A stretch of 64,000 nt of DNA. Source: Acidobacteriota bacterium (GTDB lineage: Bacteria; Acidobacteriota; UBA6911; RPQK01; CBDAPI01). The stretch is from the NCBI GenBank assembly GCA_965205345.1, contig CBDBGQ010000036.1, forward strand, positions 65,463-129,462, in the 5' to 3' direction. How positions within the stretch are numbered: the stretch's first letter is position 1; the number at the start of each line of letters is the position of its first letter. The notes below the pieces were generated by a model, which saw only the letters and a list, made by a program, of their open reading frames with translations, did not search any database and was not told the DNA's origin. This document shows, one piece after another, positions 55,589 to 64,000 of this stretch. Made by a program: the position numbers and the translations under genes.

Positions 55589-56866
55589 ATGGCATCTTTT
55601 CTATTTCCTCAAATAGCGACCGTCACGCAGCGATTCGACCCGCAACGAGTCGAGAATATCGAGTCGACCCTGCTCGCGGAGTTTCAACAGAAGAGGGAGC
55701 TCCTGGAAGGAACCTGCGGGCGGAGAATTGCCGTCTGCGTGGGGAGTCGGGGCATCGCCCAGCTCTCCGACGTCGTTCGGGTACTCGTTGATGAGCTCAG
55801 GAAGGCCGGCGCCGACCCCTTCATCGTGCCGGCCATGGGGAGCCACGGCGGGGGGACGGCCGAGGGTCAGACACAGATTCTGGCCGGGTACGGCGTTACC
55901 GAGTCGAACGTCGGAGCTCCCCTGATTGCCTCTATGGACGTGGTGGAGATCAGCCCCACCGTCGACGGCGTTCCGGTGCATGTGGACCGGGCCGCCTTCG
56001 AATCGGATGGAATCATTCTCGTCAACAGAGTCAAGCCGCATACGGATTTCAAGGGAAAGGCCGAAAGCGGCTTGATGAAGCTGGCCGCCGTCGGCCTGGG
56101 CAACATCCACGGCGCAACCCATTTTCACCGTTTTACTCGCTCGCTGGGTTACGAACGACTGATCATCACCAAAGCCCGGAATATCATCGCCAGCGGCAAG
56201 GTGCTCATGGGGCTGACCATTATTGAGAATGCCTACCACCAACCGGCTCACCTCGAGCTGATTCCGTCCGCGGAGATTGTCGAGAGAGAGCAGCAACTGC
56301 TGCTTCGTGCCAAAGATCTGATGCCCACTCTGCCGGCTTCCCAGATCGACTTGCTCATCATTGACCGCATTGGCAAGAACATCAGTGGAACAGGTCTGGA
56401 CCCGAACGTGACGGGCCGCTGGTCCGGCTTCAACTCGCTGTGGCAGGACACTCCCGATGTCCATCGGATTGCTGTCCTGGATCTCAGCACAGAAACCCAC
56501 GGGAATGCAGTAGGGATTGGACTGGCTGACTTCTGCACCCAGCGTCTGGTGGACAAGATCGACAAGGACGTGACCTACCTCAACTGCCTCACCGCCCACC
56601 TTACCGTTCCTGGACGAATCCCCATCCACTTCTCGACGGATCAAGAGACGATTCGCCGGGCTTTGCTTTCGGTAGGCGGCCTAAGCCGGTCTGAAGACCA
56701 GCGTGTGATTCGAATCCGCGACACTCTCAGTCTAAACACCCTGGAGGCCTCAGAGTCGATGCTGGAAGAACTTCGAGACCACCCCAACATGGTCCAGATT
56801 GGTGATCTTCGCCCCCTCACCTTCGATGGCGACGGAGGACTGGGGGAGATGGGTTCTGGGTTCTAG
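55589..56866 (+). CDS. LarA-like (DUF2088) nickel-pincer-cofactor racemase/epimerase family protein, putative; last 4 codons encoded by a heptamer repeat
   Basis: Size and motifs (AMGSHGG, KPHTDFKG, NIHGATHF) suggest the LarA N-terminal domain family. The start is taken at MASFLFP. Confidence 0.4.
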   Translation: MASFLFPQIATVTQRFDPQRVENIESTLLAEFQQKRELLEGTCGRRIAVCVGSRGIAQLSDVVRVLVDELRKAGADPFIVPAMGSHGGGTAEGQTQILAGYGVTESNVGAPLIASMDVVEISPTVDGVPVHVDRAAFESDGIILVNRVKPHTDFKGKAESGLMKLAAVGLGNIHGATHFHRFTRSLGYERLIITKARNIIASGKVLMGLTIIENAYHQPAHLELIPSAEIVEREQQLLLRAKDLMPTLPASQIDLLIIDRIGKNISGTGLDPNVTGRWSGFNSLWQDTPDVHRIAVLDLSTETHGNAVGIGLADFCTQRLVDKIDKDVTYLNCLTAHLTVPGRIPIHFSTDQETIRRALLSVGGLSRSEDQRVIRIRDTLSLNTLEASESMLEELRDHPNMVQIGDLRPLTFDGDGGLGEMGSGF

Positions 56867-57028
56867 TGCAGTTCGCCATAAGTTCTGAGCCAGGGTCAGC
56901 GCGTCAATCGTCGTCGCTGGTTAGGCGTCGCGAGCGAGTCATATCATGCCATATGGCGAGCGAGCGCAACAACGCCAGCGGCGGGGAGGGGCGTCTGAAC
57001 GTGGCTCAGAACTTATGGCGAACTGCAC
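56867..57028. mobile_element. MITE-like element type A, copy 2 (loop inverted plus 60-bp insert), TA-flanked, inserted inside a (GGGTTCT)n array
   Basis: Flanks gggttctgggttcTA | element | TAggttctgggttctgg. Confidence 0.75.
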
Positions 57029-57076
57029 TAGGTTCTGGGTTCTGGGGTGGCGCGCTCACATTCCATCAGGAACCCT

Positions 57077-57158
57077 TCACGTTCCACGTTGCGCCGAACG
57101 AACTTCGAAGCTGCAACTTTGAACTTTCAACTTTGAACCTTGAAGGCTGGAACCTTTG
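57077..57158. repeat. Heptamer arrays: (ACGTTCC)2 and the variant (CAACTTT/GAACTTT)5
   Basis: cacgttccacgtt ... ctgcaactttgaactttcaactttgaaccttgaaggctggaaccttt. Confidence 0.7.
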
Positions 57159-57213
57159 AGCCCGCCGAGCTGATGCTAGAATGGGACCCTCTAGCAACAG
57201 AAAAGGATTTATC

Positions 57214-59130
57214 ATGACCACGAAGGCCGGCCCCACCTCAGAACAGAAATCTCTGGAAGTCGCGGAAGCTTCTCGCCAGAAGGTGTGGAAAGCCCCCAGT
57301 TTTCTGCGAGAGCTTTTCCTGGGAAATTTCCGCCTCGATCTCATTCATCCTTACCCGCTGTCCGGAAAAGAGCGCCCGGAATTCACCGAGTTTTATGAGA
57401 GATTCCGCCAGTTCCTGCTGGAAGAAGTGGACTCGGTGCGAATCGATGAGGAGGGAGATTATCCAGAAGAGGTTGTGGAAGGGTTCCGGCGCCTGGGTGC
57501 TTTTGGAATGAAGATTTCCAAGGAATATGGTGGTCTCGGATTCTCCCAGGTCGAATATGCGCGCATCATGGAGCTGCTGGGAAGCCGTGATGCGAATCTG
57601 AGCGCTCTGCTCTCCGCCCATCAGTCCATCGGGGTTCCCCAGCCCTTGAAGCTTTTTGGCTCGGAGGAACTGAAGAAGAAGTATCTCCCCCGCTGTGCCA
57701 CCGGGGAAATCTCAGCCTTTGCACTGACAGAACCCGATGTGGGTTCCGATCCCGCCAGGGTGGCGACCCGAGCAGAACTGAGTCCGGAAGGTGACACCTA
57801 CATTCTGAACGGAACCAAGCTCTGGTGTACGAATGGCACACTAGCCGGGCTTCTGGTCGTCATGGCGGTGGACTCGGAGACCGAAAAAATCAGCGCCTTT
57901 GTGGTCGAAACCGATTGGCCTGGTGTCACCATCGAGCATCGATGTCATTTCATGGGCCTGAAAGCACTGGCAAATGCCGTGATCTCTTTCCACAACGTGC
58001 GGCTGCCTCGCGAGAACCTGATCGGCAAGGCCGGAAAAGGACTCAAGATTGCCCTGACGACTCTCAATGAGGGCCGGCTTTCCATTCCTAACGGGGCCGT
58101 AGGCGGAGCGAAAGTCTGTCTCCAAATTTGCCGCAAATGGAGCAATGAGCGAGTTCAGTGGGGGAAACCGATCGGGCGGCATGAGACCATAGCCCACATG
58201 ATTTCCCGGATGGCAGCCAAGACATTCGCCATGGAGTCCGTTGCCAGGCTGGCCACTGAAATGTCCGATCGAGGAGGCTACGACATTCGGCTGGAGGCTG
58301 CTGCTGCCAAAGAGTGGAACACGTGCGCCGGCTGGGAAATTATTGACGACACGATGCAGATTCGCGGTGGCCGCGGATACGAGACCGAATCTTCTCTGGC
58401 CGCCCGAGGAGAAGATCCGATTGGAATCGAACGAATGATGCGCGATTTTCGCATCAACAAGATTTTTGAGGGCTCCAGTGAAATCATGCACCTCTTCATG
58501 GCCCGGGAAGCAGTGGACAAGCACCTTCAGGTCGCCGGCCTACTGGTGGATCCCGGGAGTTCTCTCGGTGCGCAGTTGAAGGCTCTGCCGGGCATCCTCG
58601 CCTTTTATGCTTCGTGGTATCCGACTCGCTGGCTGGGCTGGGGTCGCTGGCCCCGCTACGGGAACTTCGGTGACCTGGCGCCCCACCTCCGTTTCGTGGA
58701 ACGCATGGGTCGCAAACTGGCTCGCCAGGTATTCCATGGTATGGTGGTACACGGTCCCAGACTCCAGAACAAACAAGCCTTCCTGTTTCGCCTGGTCGAC
58801 ATCGCCAACCAGCTGTTCGCGATGGCTGCCTCCCTTTCCCGCGCCCATGCCCTGCGCAAAGCACGACGCCACGATTACAAGGAGGCAGTACACCTGGCCG
58901 ACATCTTCTGCCGCCAGTCCAAACGGAAGGTGAGACGGCTATTTCAGGATCTCTGGTCGAACGACGATGTTCTTCTTTACAAGTCAGCCCGGCGGCTGCT
59001 GGAAACTGAGCAGTCATGGATGCAACGTGGAGTGTACAGGCTGGAAGAAATGGTCGAGAGAGCGAAGCAGCCTCCTCCGATGGTGCCGGAAGAAGTCCCG
59101 CCGGGGACCATTTTCAGCCGGCCGGTCTGA
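57214..59130 (+). CDS. Long-form acyl-CoA dehydrogenase (ACAD9/VLCAD-like with C-terminal extension)
   Basis: 'FALTEPDVGSD', 'GTKLWCTNG' and the catalytic region 'IRGGRGYETE...FEGSSEIM' are present. Confidence 0.8.
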   Translation: MTTKAGPTSEQKSLEVAEASRQKVWKAPSFLRELFLGNFRLDLIHPYPLSGKERPEFTEFYERFRQFLLEEVDSVRIDEEGDYPEEVVEGFRRLGAFGMKISKEYGGLGFSQVEYARIMELLGSRDANLSALLSAHQSIGVPQPLKLFGSEELKKKYLPRCATGEISAFALTEPDVGSDPARVATRAELSPEGDTYILNGTKLWCTNGTLAGLLVVMAVDSETEKISAFVVETDWPGVTIEHRCHFMGLKALANAVISFHNVRLPRENLIGKAGKGLKIALTTLNEGRLSIPNGAVGGAKVCLQICRKWSNERVQWGKPIGRHETIAHMISRMAAKTFAMESVARLATEMSDRGGYDIRLEAAAAKEWNTCAGWEIIDDTMQIRGGRGYETESSLAARGEDPIGIERMMRDFRINKIFEGSSEIMHLFMAREAVDKHLQVAGLLVDPGSSLGAQLKALPGILAFYASWYPTRWLGWGRWPRYGNFGDLAPHLRFVERMGRKLARQVFHGMVVHGPRLQNKQAFLFRLVDIANQLFAMAASLSRAHALRKARRHDYKEAVHLADIFCRQSKRKVRRLFQDLWSNDDVLLYKSARRLLETEQSWMQRGVYRLEEMVERAKQPPPMVPEEVPPGTIFSRPV

Positions 59131-59210
59131 TCAGGGAGATGGCGCAGAGAAGGGGCAAATTCTTCAAAGATGCCTGATTTGGGTTTGACCCAGTCGGCGT
59201 GTCCGGCTCC

Positions 59211-60200
59211 TCAGGGGATGCTCTCCAGATGGAGAACCACGGCCTCCCGGACCGCCCGGAGAGAATCGATTCCCGACGGATAAGTCAAGCGACACACTTC
59301 CAGCCGCGTCGCAATCCGATGCAGCAGATGAAATCGCTCTCTCTGCATACCGGCTCCTGCAGTCAGCCGGGGAACCAGGGAGTGGCGAACCAGCTCGATG
59401 ACAGCCGCGGCTCCCCGGACCGGCTCAATGACGACATCCCGTTGATCTGGCCGGTGCTCCGGAAGATAGCAGCAAAGCAGTCTCCTGGGAGATGTCCCGA
59501 AGCTGCCCGACCAGGTCTCCCTGACCGGGACTCCGATCTTGCGGGAGAAGCCATTTACAAATGGAAAATGATCCACATCGGGCAGGAACAGCTTCGCCTG
59601 CTCGGGTGTCATTTTGATGCGAGGATGGCAGGGCCAGGCAAGAACTTCTTCCTCAGAAACCTCGATCGGAAGGGAATCATCTGAGATCAGTCGGTACCCG
59701 TCCTTGAGGAAGGCCGCCGCCAGGGTGCTCTTCCCTCTACCGCTGAAAGCCAGGAAGGCGCCGGCCCGGTCAGCAGCTGCAATACAGGATGCGTGTAAGA
59801 CCGGACGGCCGATGGTCTCGAGCCAGAAACTCATCGCCGCCTGGAAGAGAAATGTCTCCACTGAGCTGATGTTCTCGGTACTGGGAAAGCATTGGAGACA
59901 CTTGTCCGTAATCGCAAAATCAGCAATTTCCGCCATTCTGAGGAGATACCCATCGTGAAGCTTGTACAGTCGGGCCAGGGGAACGCCCTTTTCGTTCTCG
60001 AGCTCACTCGTATACACGGGTTCGACTCCCTCCTGCAAGCCGCTCGGCGTTCCCGGATGAAAGCTGAGAGTCAGGTCCGGTTCACTTTCAGAGAGAGGAA
60101 GGTCGATCCCGAAAGGAAAGTTGCTTCGGACAGTGGATCCGAAAAGATAGTAGGCGGGCCAGGGGGCGCTTTCGAGGGACAAGTCTGAAAGTTCTGTCAA
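59211..60200 (-). CDS. HPr-kinase-like P-loop Ser kinase of the type found in lasso-peptide clusters
   Basis: Walker A 'FLAFSGRGKSTLAAAF' sits in the context of an HprK C-terminal fold. It lies adjacent to the AsnB-like and PqqD genes. Confidence 0.65.
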   Translation of the reverse strand: MTELSDLSLESAPWPAYYLFGSTVRSNFPFGIDLPLSESEPDLTLSFHPGTPSGLQEGVEPVYTSELENEKGVPLARLYKLHDGYLLRMAEIADFAITDKCLQCFPSTENISSVETFLFQAAMSFWLETIGRPVLHASCIAAADRAGAFLAFSGRGKSTLAAAFLKDGYRLISDDSLPIEVSEEEVLAWPCHPRIKMTPEQAKLFLPDVDHFPFVNGFSRKIGVPVRETWSGSFGTSPRRLLCCYLPEHRPDQRDVVIEPVRGAAAVIELVRHSLVPRLTAGAGMQRERFHLLHRIATRLEVCRLTYPSGIDSLRAVREAVVLHLESIP

Positions 60201-60316
60201 GAAGATGGGTCCTGCAACATCCGGGAGTACAGATAACAGATTGAATGAACCGTGGCAAGCTCGCCGAGTATGCTGAGGAGCCGGGAGCGTTAGCGACCGA
60301 GAATGCTTCGCACCGT

Positions 60317-62005
60317 TTAGAAATAGCGCCGCAGCCAGTCTTCCACGCTGACGGCATTCCAGATGCCCAGCCCGTGGCCCTCTCCCTTCAGGTATAGGCG
60401 GTACTGGTCCTGCAGAGAAGCTTGATCCACAAGCCCCAATTCCGCGGCACGCATATCCCGCAGCAGCGGCCAGACCTTTTCCGTTTCCCTTTCCCGGAAT
60501 CCACGATGAAACAGGGACTCTACGGTGATCTTCCTCTTTCTTTGAAGGACAGGAGCCGGCAGAATCCCTTCAAACGCCCGCCTCAAAACCAGCTTGTCTT
60601 TTCCTGCACAGGAATTGTGAGTTGCAGACAAACTGGCCGCAAACTCCACAATCCGTCGATCGAGGAGTGGGTGGATCATCACCATTTCAAAACGACCGGC
60701 TATCCTGGAAATCCGCAGGAGCAGTGTATTCCGGGCCAGGTTCTGAAGCCAGCGTATACGGAGTCGGCGGCCCAGGTCCCCGCGCCTGGCCCGCAGCGGC
60801 GGCGGCAGGAGCCCGCGAACTCTCTCTCTGGTGTTTTTCGTGAGCCCGGCGGGAAGCCGAGTCCGTTTCCGCTCCCAGGCCGGAAATCGATTCCGGAGTA
60901 AAGGATCCAAGGTGGATCGGAAAATATAGCGCAGATTGAAACCCGGATCTTTGCGCTCCCGGCCCAGTTGAGCAGCCAGCGAAATCCAGCGCCCGCTCAA
61001 GAATAAGTCGGGATAGGCGCTGATACTACCGAACAATTCATCTCCTCCCACGCCCGAGAACAGGTAACTGTGACCCCGAGATGCTGCTTCTTGAAAAATT
61101 GCTTCCCAGCTTTCCCTGTAATAATGGGCTTCCGGACCCTCCCTGGGAGTTCTCAGGCCCTGTGGGTCGCTCAGAGTCCACTGCTGGTCCGCCCTAATCG
61201 GGGTCAGGTCAAGATCAAGTACCCTGCACACCTCCCGAATCTCCTCAGATTCGTCGGCCTCGGGCAAACCCGGATGGAGCCATGAGAACGCCCGGATTCG
61301 TTGCCTGAAATCGAGTTCTCGGACGACAGCGGCTACACTGGTTGAGTCCATTCCCCCACTCAAGGCAATCCCTGCGGAAGCCGGCAAGACCCGGAGCCAA
61401 TCACTGTGAACGGCAGAGAGACGTTCGCGAAGGGCCTCCCGGTAGGCGTCATCATCGGGCAGCCGCAACGCGGTCACCTCGTCCAGACTCCAGTACCTCT
61501 TCAGTCGAAACCCATCCTCGTCAACCGTCACAATCATCCCGGCCGGGACTCTCCGAATCCCTTCGTAGAAGGTCCGACCCTCAGGCAGCAGGAAGCCTGC
61601 GACCTGGGCCGACAGACTCATCATGTCCACACGGGAATCGGGGACGTGCGGGACCAGATCCTCCACCTTCCAGGAAACGAGCAGGTTGTTGCGGTAGAAG
61701 TAGTAGTAGATGGGGTGGAGACCGAGTCGATCCGTCGAGAGAATCAGTCGCCTGGCCTCACCATCCCACAGGGCGAAGGAAAGGGTTCCTTCCACAAGTC
61801 TGCTGAACTCTCGGGGACCACGCTCGAGGTATGAGGCAGAAAGTTCCGGCGCCGAGACGGCCGCGGGTGCAGAGATGCCCTTATTCAATACGTGGCCGCG
61901 GGCAAAAAGGAACTGGATTGGGTGCGAAGTGTCGTCGCGAGCGCCTTCCGATGAGTCTCGAACCTGCCACGTGATCTGGCCGGAAGTACCGGATCGGCAG
62001 TTCAT
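60317..62005 (-). CDS. Asparagine-synthetase-B-like macrolactam synthetase (lasso cyclase, C-protein-like)
   Basis: PP-loop 'IALSGGMDSTSVAA' is present. The N-terminal amidotransferase domain lacks the catalytic Cys2, as in lasso cyclases; 562 aa. Confidence 0.7.
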   Translation of the reverse strand: MNCRSGTSGQITWQVRDSSEGARDDTSHPIQFLFARGHVLNKGISAPAAVSAPELSASYLERGPREFSRLVEGTLSFALWDGEARRLILSTDRLGLHPIYYYFYRNNLLVSWKVEDLVPHVPDSRVDMMSLSAQVAGFLLPEGRTFYEGIRRVPAGMIVTVDEDGFRLKRYWSLDEVTALRLPDDDAYREALRERLSAVHSDWLRVLPASAGIALSGGMDSTSVAAVVRELDFRQRIRAFSWLHPGLPEADESEEIREVCRVLDLDLTPIRADQQWTLSDPQGLRTPREGPEAHYYRESWEAIFQEAASRGHSYLFSGVGGDELFGSISAYPDLFLSGRWISLAAQLGRERKDPGFNLRYIFRSTLDPLLRNRFPAWERKRTRLPAGLTKNTRERVRGLLPPPLRARRGDLGRRLRIRWLQNLARNTLLLRISRIAGRFEMVMIHPLLDRRIVEFAASLSATHNSCAGKDKLVLRRAFEGILPAPVLQRKRKITVESLFHRGFRERETEKVWPLLRDMRAAELGLVDQASLQDQYRLYLKGEGHGLGIWNAVSVEDWLRRYF

Positions 62006-62029
62006 TGGATCACTGTCGAGCAGGCCATT

Positions 62030-62314
62030 TCACGGCCTGACGGCCAGAAGTTCCAGGTCAACCATTTCTTTGACAAACTCGATGATGGCTTCTTCCAGAT
62101 CGCTGTCCTCGATCTCGAATTCCTTCATCAGGACCGTGTGAGCTTCACGGAGGGAACTGGTCTGATGAAAGGCTTCCCACACCCGACTTCCCACGTCATC
62201 CAGCCCGTAATACTGGCCGGTTTCCTCGTGAAAGATGGCCACCTCTTCGTCCACATGGCCAAACGTGACCTTGGGCGGGAGTTCCACGGTGGATTCGAGT
62301 GTGACTTCTTCCAT
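62030..62314 (-). CDS. PqqD-family RiPP leader-recognition element (lasso B1-like)
   Basis: 94 aa. 'VEEVAIFHEETGQYYGLDDVGSRVWE' fits the PqqD/RRE winged-helix pattern. RBS GGAG is 8 nt upstream. Confidence 0.7.
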   Translation of the reverse strand: MEEVTLESTVELPPKVTFGHVDEEVAIFHEETGQYYGLDDVGSRVWEAFHQTSSLREAHTVLMKEFEIEDSDLEEAIIEFVKEMVDLELLAVRP

Positions 62315-62391
62315 GACGACTGCTCCAAACCTAACAGACCAGGACAGCAGATGCTAGTGCTCTGCACTAACGGTCGGGCTGGGGCCCAACC

Positions 62392-62489
62392 GCGTTCCAC
62401 GTTCCACGTTGTCTCGGTGTAGGAAAACTCTCGGACGAGGCACGACGTGGAACTTGGAACGTGGAAACGTGGAACGTGAATCTGGAATG
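62392..62489. repeat. Inverted pair of heptamer arrays in the maf/PqqD intergenic region
   Basis: gcgttccacgttccacgtt ... cgtggaacttggaacgtggaaacgtggaacgtgaatctggaatg. Confidence 0.8.
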
Positions 62490-62511
62490 CACCGCCTGAG
62501 TCAGCTGAGTT

Positions 62512-63144
62512 TCAACGGAGCAAACTCGTGGACCTGGGACAGAATCCGCCATCAGGTAAATAGCATCTGGCAGGAACATGGAAACCGACCGCTGAGAGCA
62601 TCCGGCTCAACTCACAGAGAGGCAGCCCCACCACATTGAAATAACAGCCCTGAATGGATTCCACAAGCCTCCCCCCGGCTCCTTGAATCGCGTAGGCTCC
62701 GGCCTTGTCTTCGGGCTCTCCGGAAGAGACGTACTCTTCCATCTCTCGATCCGTGTAAGAATGCATTGTGACGGCGGTTGTGGTATGTGAAACTGCACAC
62801 TTGCCGGAGGGATTCTCGACGATAGCCAACCCCGTGACGACCTGGTGGGTCTGCCCGCGGAGCTGCCGCAGCATGGCCAGAGCGTCTTCACGATTGCAAG
62901 GCTTTCCGAGAATCCGGCTTCCCAGGATGACTGCCGTATCAGCCCCGATGACCAGCATTGCAGACCTGTCTGCAGCGGCCACAGCCGTAGCCTTCTGCCG
63001 AGCAATCTGCTGGATCGTTTGTACTGGTGTTGTGCAAAGGTCCAGGGACTCGTCCGTGCCCGCGGGTTTCACATCGAAGGGCTTTCCCAGTCTTGCAAGT
63101 AGTTCCCGCCGCCGGGGAGAGGCGGACGCCAAGACCATTCTCAT
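62512..63144 (-). CDS. maf: Maf-like nucleoside-triphosphate pyrophosphatase (septum formation protein Maf)
   Basis: 'MVLASASPRRRELL' and 'GKP...GAYAIQG' motifs are present. Confidence 0.85.
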   Translation of the reverse strand: MRMVLASASPRRRELLARLGKPFDVKPAGTDESLDLCTTPVQTIQQIARQKATAVAAADRSAMLVIGADTAVILGSRILGKPCNREDALAMLRQLRGQTHQVVTGLAIVENPSGKCAVSHTTTAVTMHSYTDREMEEYVSSGEPEDKAGAYAIQGAGGRLVESIQGCYFNVVGLPLCELSRMLSAVGFHVPARCYLPDGGFCPRSTSLLR

Positions 63145-63164
63145 CGGACTGGTATGACGATTCA

Positions 63165-63332
63165 TGAGAACCCAACGGAGGCGTTGACCAGTTCTGCAAA
63201 TGCAAATCCAGGCAGACGATTTCTTCTTGATTTCGTTGCCACCGGAATTCCCGCGTCGAAATCATCCTGACAGCCGACCGTGGACAGCACGAGCAGAACC
63301 GGCAGAGCGTGAAGAAAAGGGACACTCTTCAT
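63165..63332 (-). CDS. Small 56-aa peptide (MKSVPFLHALPVLLVLSTV|GCQDDFDAGIP...ASVGFS): either a small secreted peptide/lipoprotein or a candidate lasso-type precursor
   Basis: ATG ORF verified by hand translation. Hydrophobic N-terminus; the TVGC motif is an imperfect lipobox. It also fits the lasso precursor rule (Thr at -2, Gly1, Asp7, C-terminal Ser). Confidence 0.4.
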
Positions 63333-63346
63333 TCTCTTATCTACGG

Positions 63347-63982
63347 TCACAGGCTCTGGTAGGTTTCCTGGATCAGTTGCCTGCCGTACTTGCGTTCCAG
63401 GCTCCGCACCTTGAAATGCCCCCGCGCCATGCTATTGAAATGGTCGATGAACAGGGCGTTCACGACTCCTCCTCCCACCGCTCCAATGGCCGGGATCGCC
63501 ATGGCGGCCGTTTTCTCAGACACGACGATTCCGAAGCGGGAGGCAATCGCTGCCACAAACCGGATCAGGGCGGGGGCTCCTTCCGTGGAAAGACCTTTTT
63601 GAGAGATATGCTGAGCTGCATCGGCCAGGGTTGTCGCCAGCACGCCCCGGATCGCATAATAGCCCGTCTCGACTGAGTCGTCGGCAGGCGAGTTCCCTCC
63701 CAGCGCAAAGACTTCCAGACAGGCAAGCTTGGCTTCCGGCCGATCCAGGTCTTCTCCCTCCGATCTGGCCACATCGGCGATGTCACGGAGCATGATCGTT
63801 GTCGAAACCGGCAGCTCTACCGGCAGTGCAGCTAGCCCGAAGGCCCCTCCCAGACCACCTGTTCCAATCACGGCAGCTCGATGGAGACGGCTCCGCCGCA
63901 TCTTCCCCTTCGGCTTGCTCCCCAGGGTCGCTACCGCAATGTTCAGAGCCCGGTTCAGAGAGATCTCAACAGCATTCTGCAC
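63347..63982 (-). CDS. EcsC-family protein (putative)
   Basis: 'AIPAIGAVGGGVVNALFIDHFNSMARGHFKVR' resembles the EcsC family signature. Confidence 0.4.
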   Translation of the reverse strand: MQNAVEISLNRALNIAVATLGSKPKGKMRRSRLHRAAVIGTGGLGGAFGLAALPVELPVSTTIMLRDIADVARSEGEDLDRPEAKLACLEVFALGGNSPADDSVETGYYAIRGVLATTLADAAQHISQKGLSTEGAPALIRFVAAIASRFGIVVSEKTAAMAIPAIGAVGGGVVNALFIDHFNSMARGHFKVRSLERKYGRQLIQETYQSL

Positions 63983-64000
63983 GGCCGATGACCATTTGAC

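Noticed and set aside
62315-62511. A possible precursor peptide encoded in the maf/PqqD intergenic region (MHSRFTFHVSTFQVPRRASSESFPTPRQRGTWNAVGPQPDR).
   Set aside because: It is encoded almost entirely by the heptamer arrays, has only a GTG start, lacks the Thr(-2)/acidic-residue lasso pattern, and does not end in Ser.

Overview
This is a high-GC (about 60% by eye) bacterial chromosomal segment. The gene content (bshC, a divergent ECF-sigma/Ser-Thr kinase pair, TonB, many TPR proteins, H+-pyrophosphatase) suggests an Acidobacteria-like organism; that is inference only. The conserved housekeeping backbone is ispB-like polyprenyl synthase, PBP1A, greA, a thiS-thiG fusion-aroB-ubiE chain, fabH, a LolA-like gene, lspA, tonB, ispE, prs-rplY-pth, hppA, rpsF-rplI, dnaB-alr, maf and bshC. 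The backbone is heavily interleaved with repeats and mobile DNA. (1) About 17 intergenic arrays of a 7-nt microsatellite, (GGAACGT)n/(ACGTTCC)n and GAAC-core variants, often as inverted pairs that could form long hairpins or cruciforms. (2) Three IS elements with recognisable terminal inverted repeats: an IS1182/IS5-like element, and an IS256-family and an IS1595-family element that each carry an intact 8-bp target-site duplication and sit inside genes of a TPAT-type TRAP transporter locus; also an IS110 fragment. (3) At least three families of TA-flanked, MITE-like palindromic elements that sit exactly on stop codons. (4) Several decayed genes: Nuo subunit remnants, an internally deleted S9 peptidase, and 1-nt frameshifts in alr and in a sensor kinase. 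At 59.2-62.3 kb lies a lasso-peptide-like RiPP cluster (PqqD-family leader-recognition protein, AsnB-like cyclase, HprK-like kinase) with no recognisable B2 leader peptidase. A Ser-terminated small ORF two genes upstream fits the lasso precursor rule (Thr at -2, Gly1, Asp7). All calls are made by eye from the ORF translations and sequence inspection; no searches were run.
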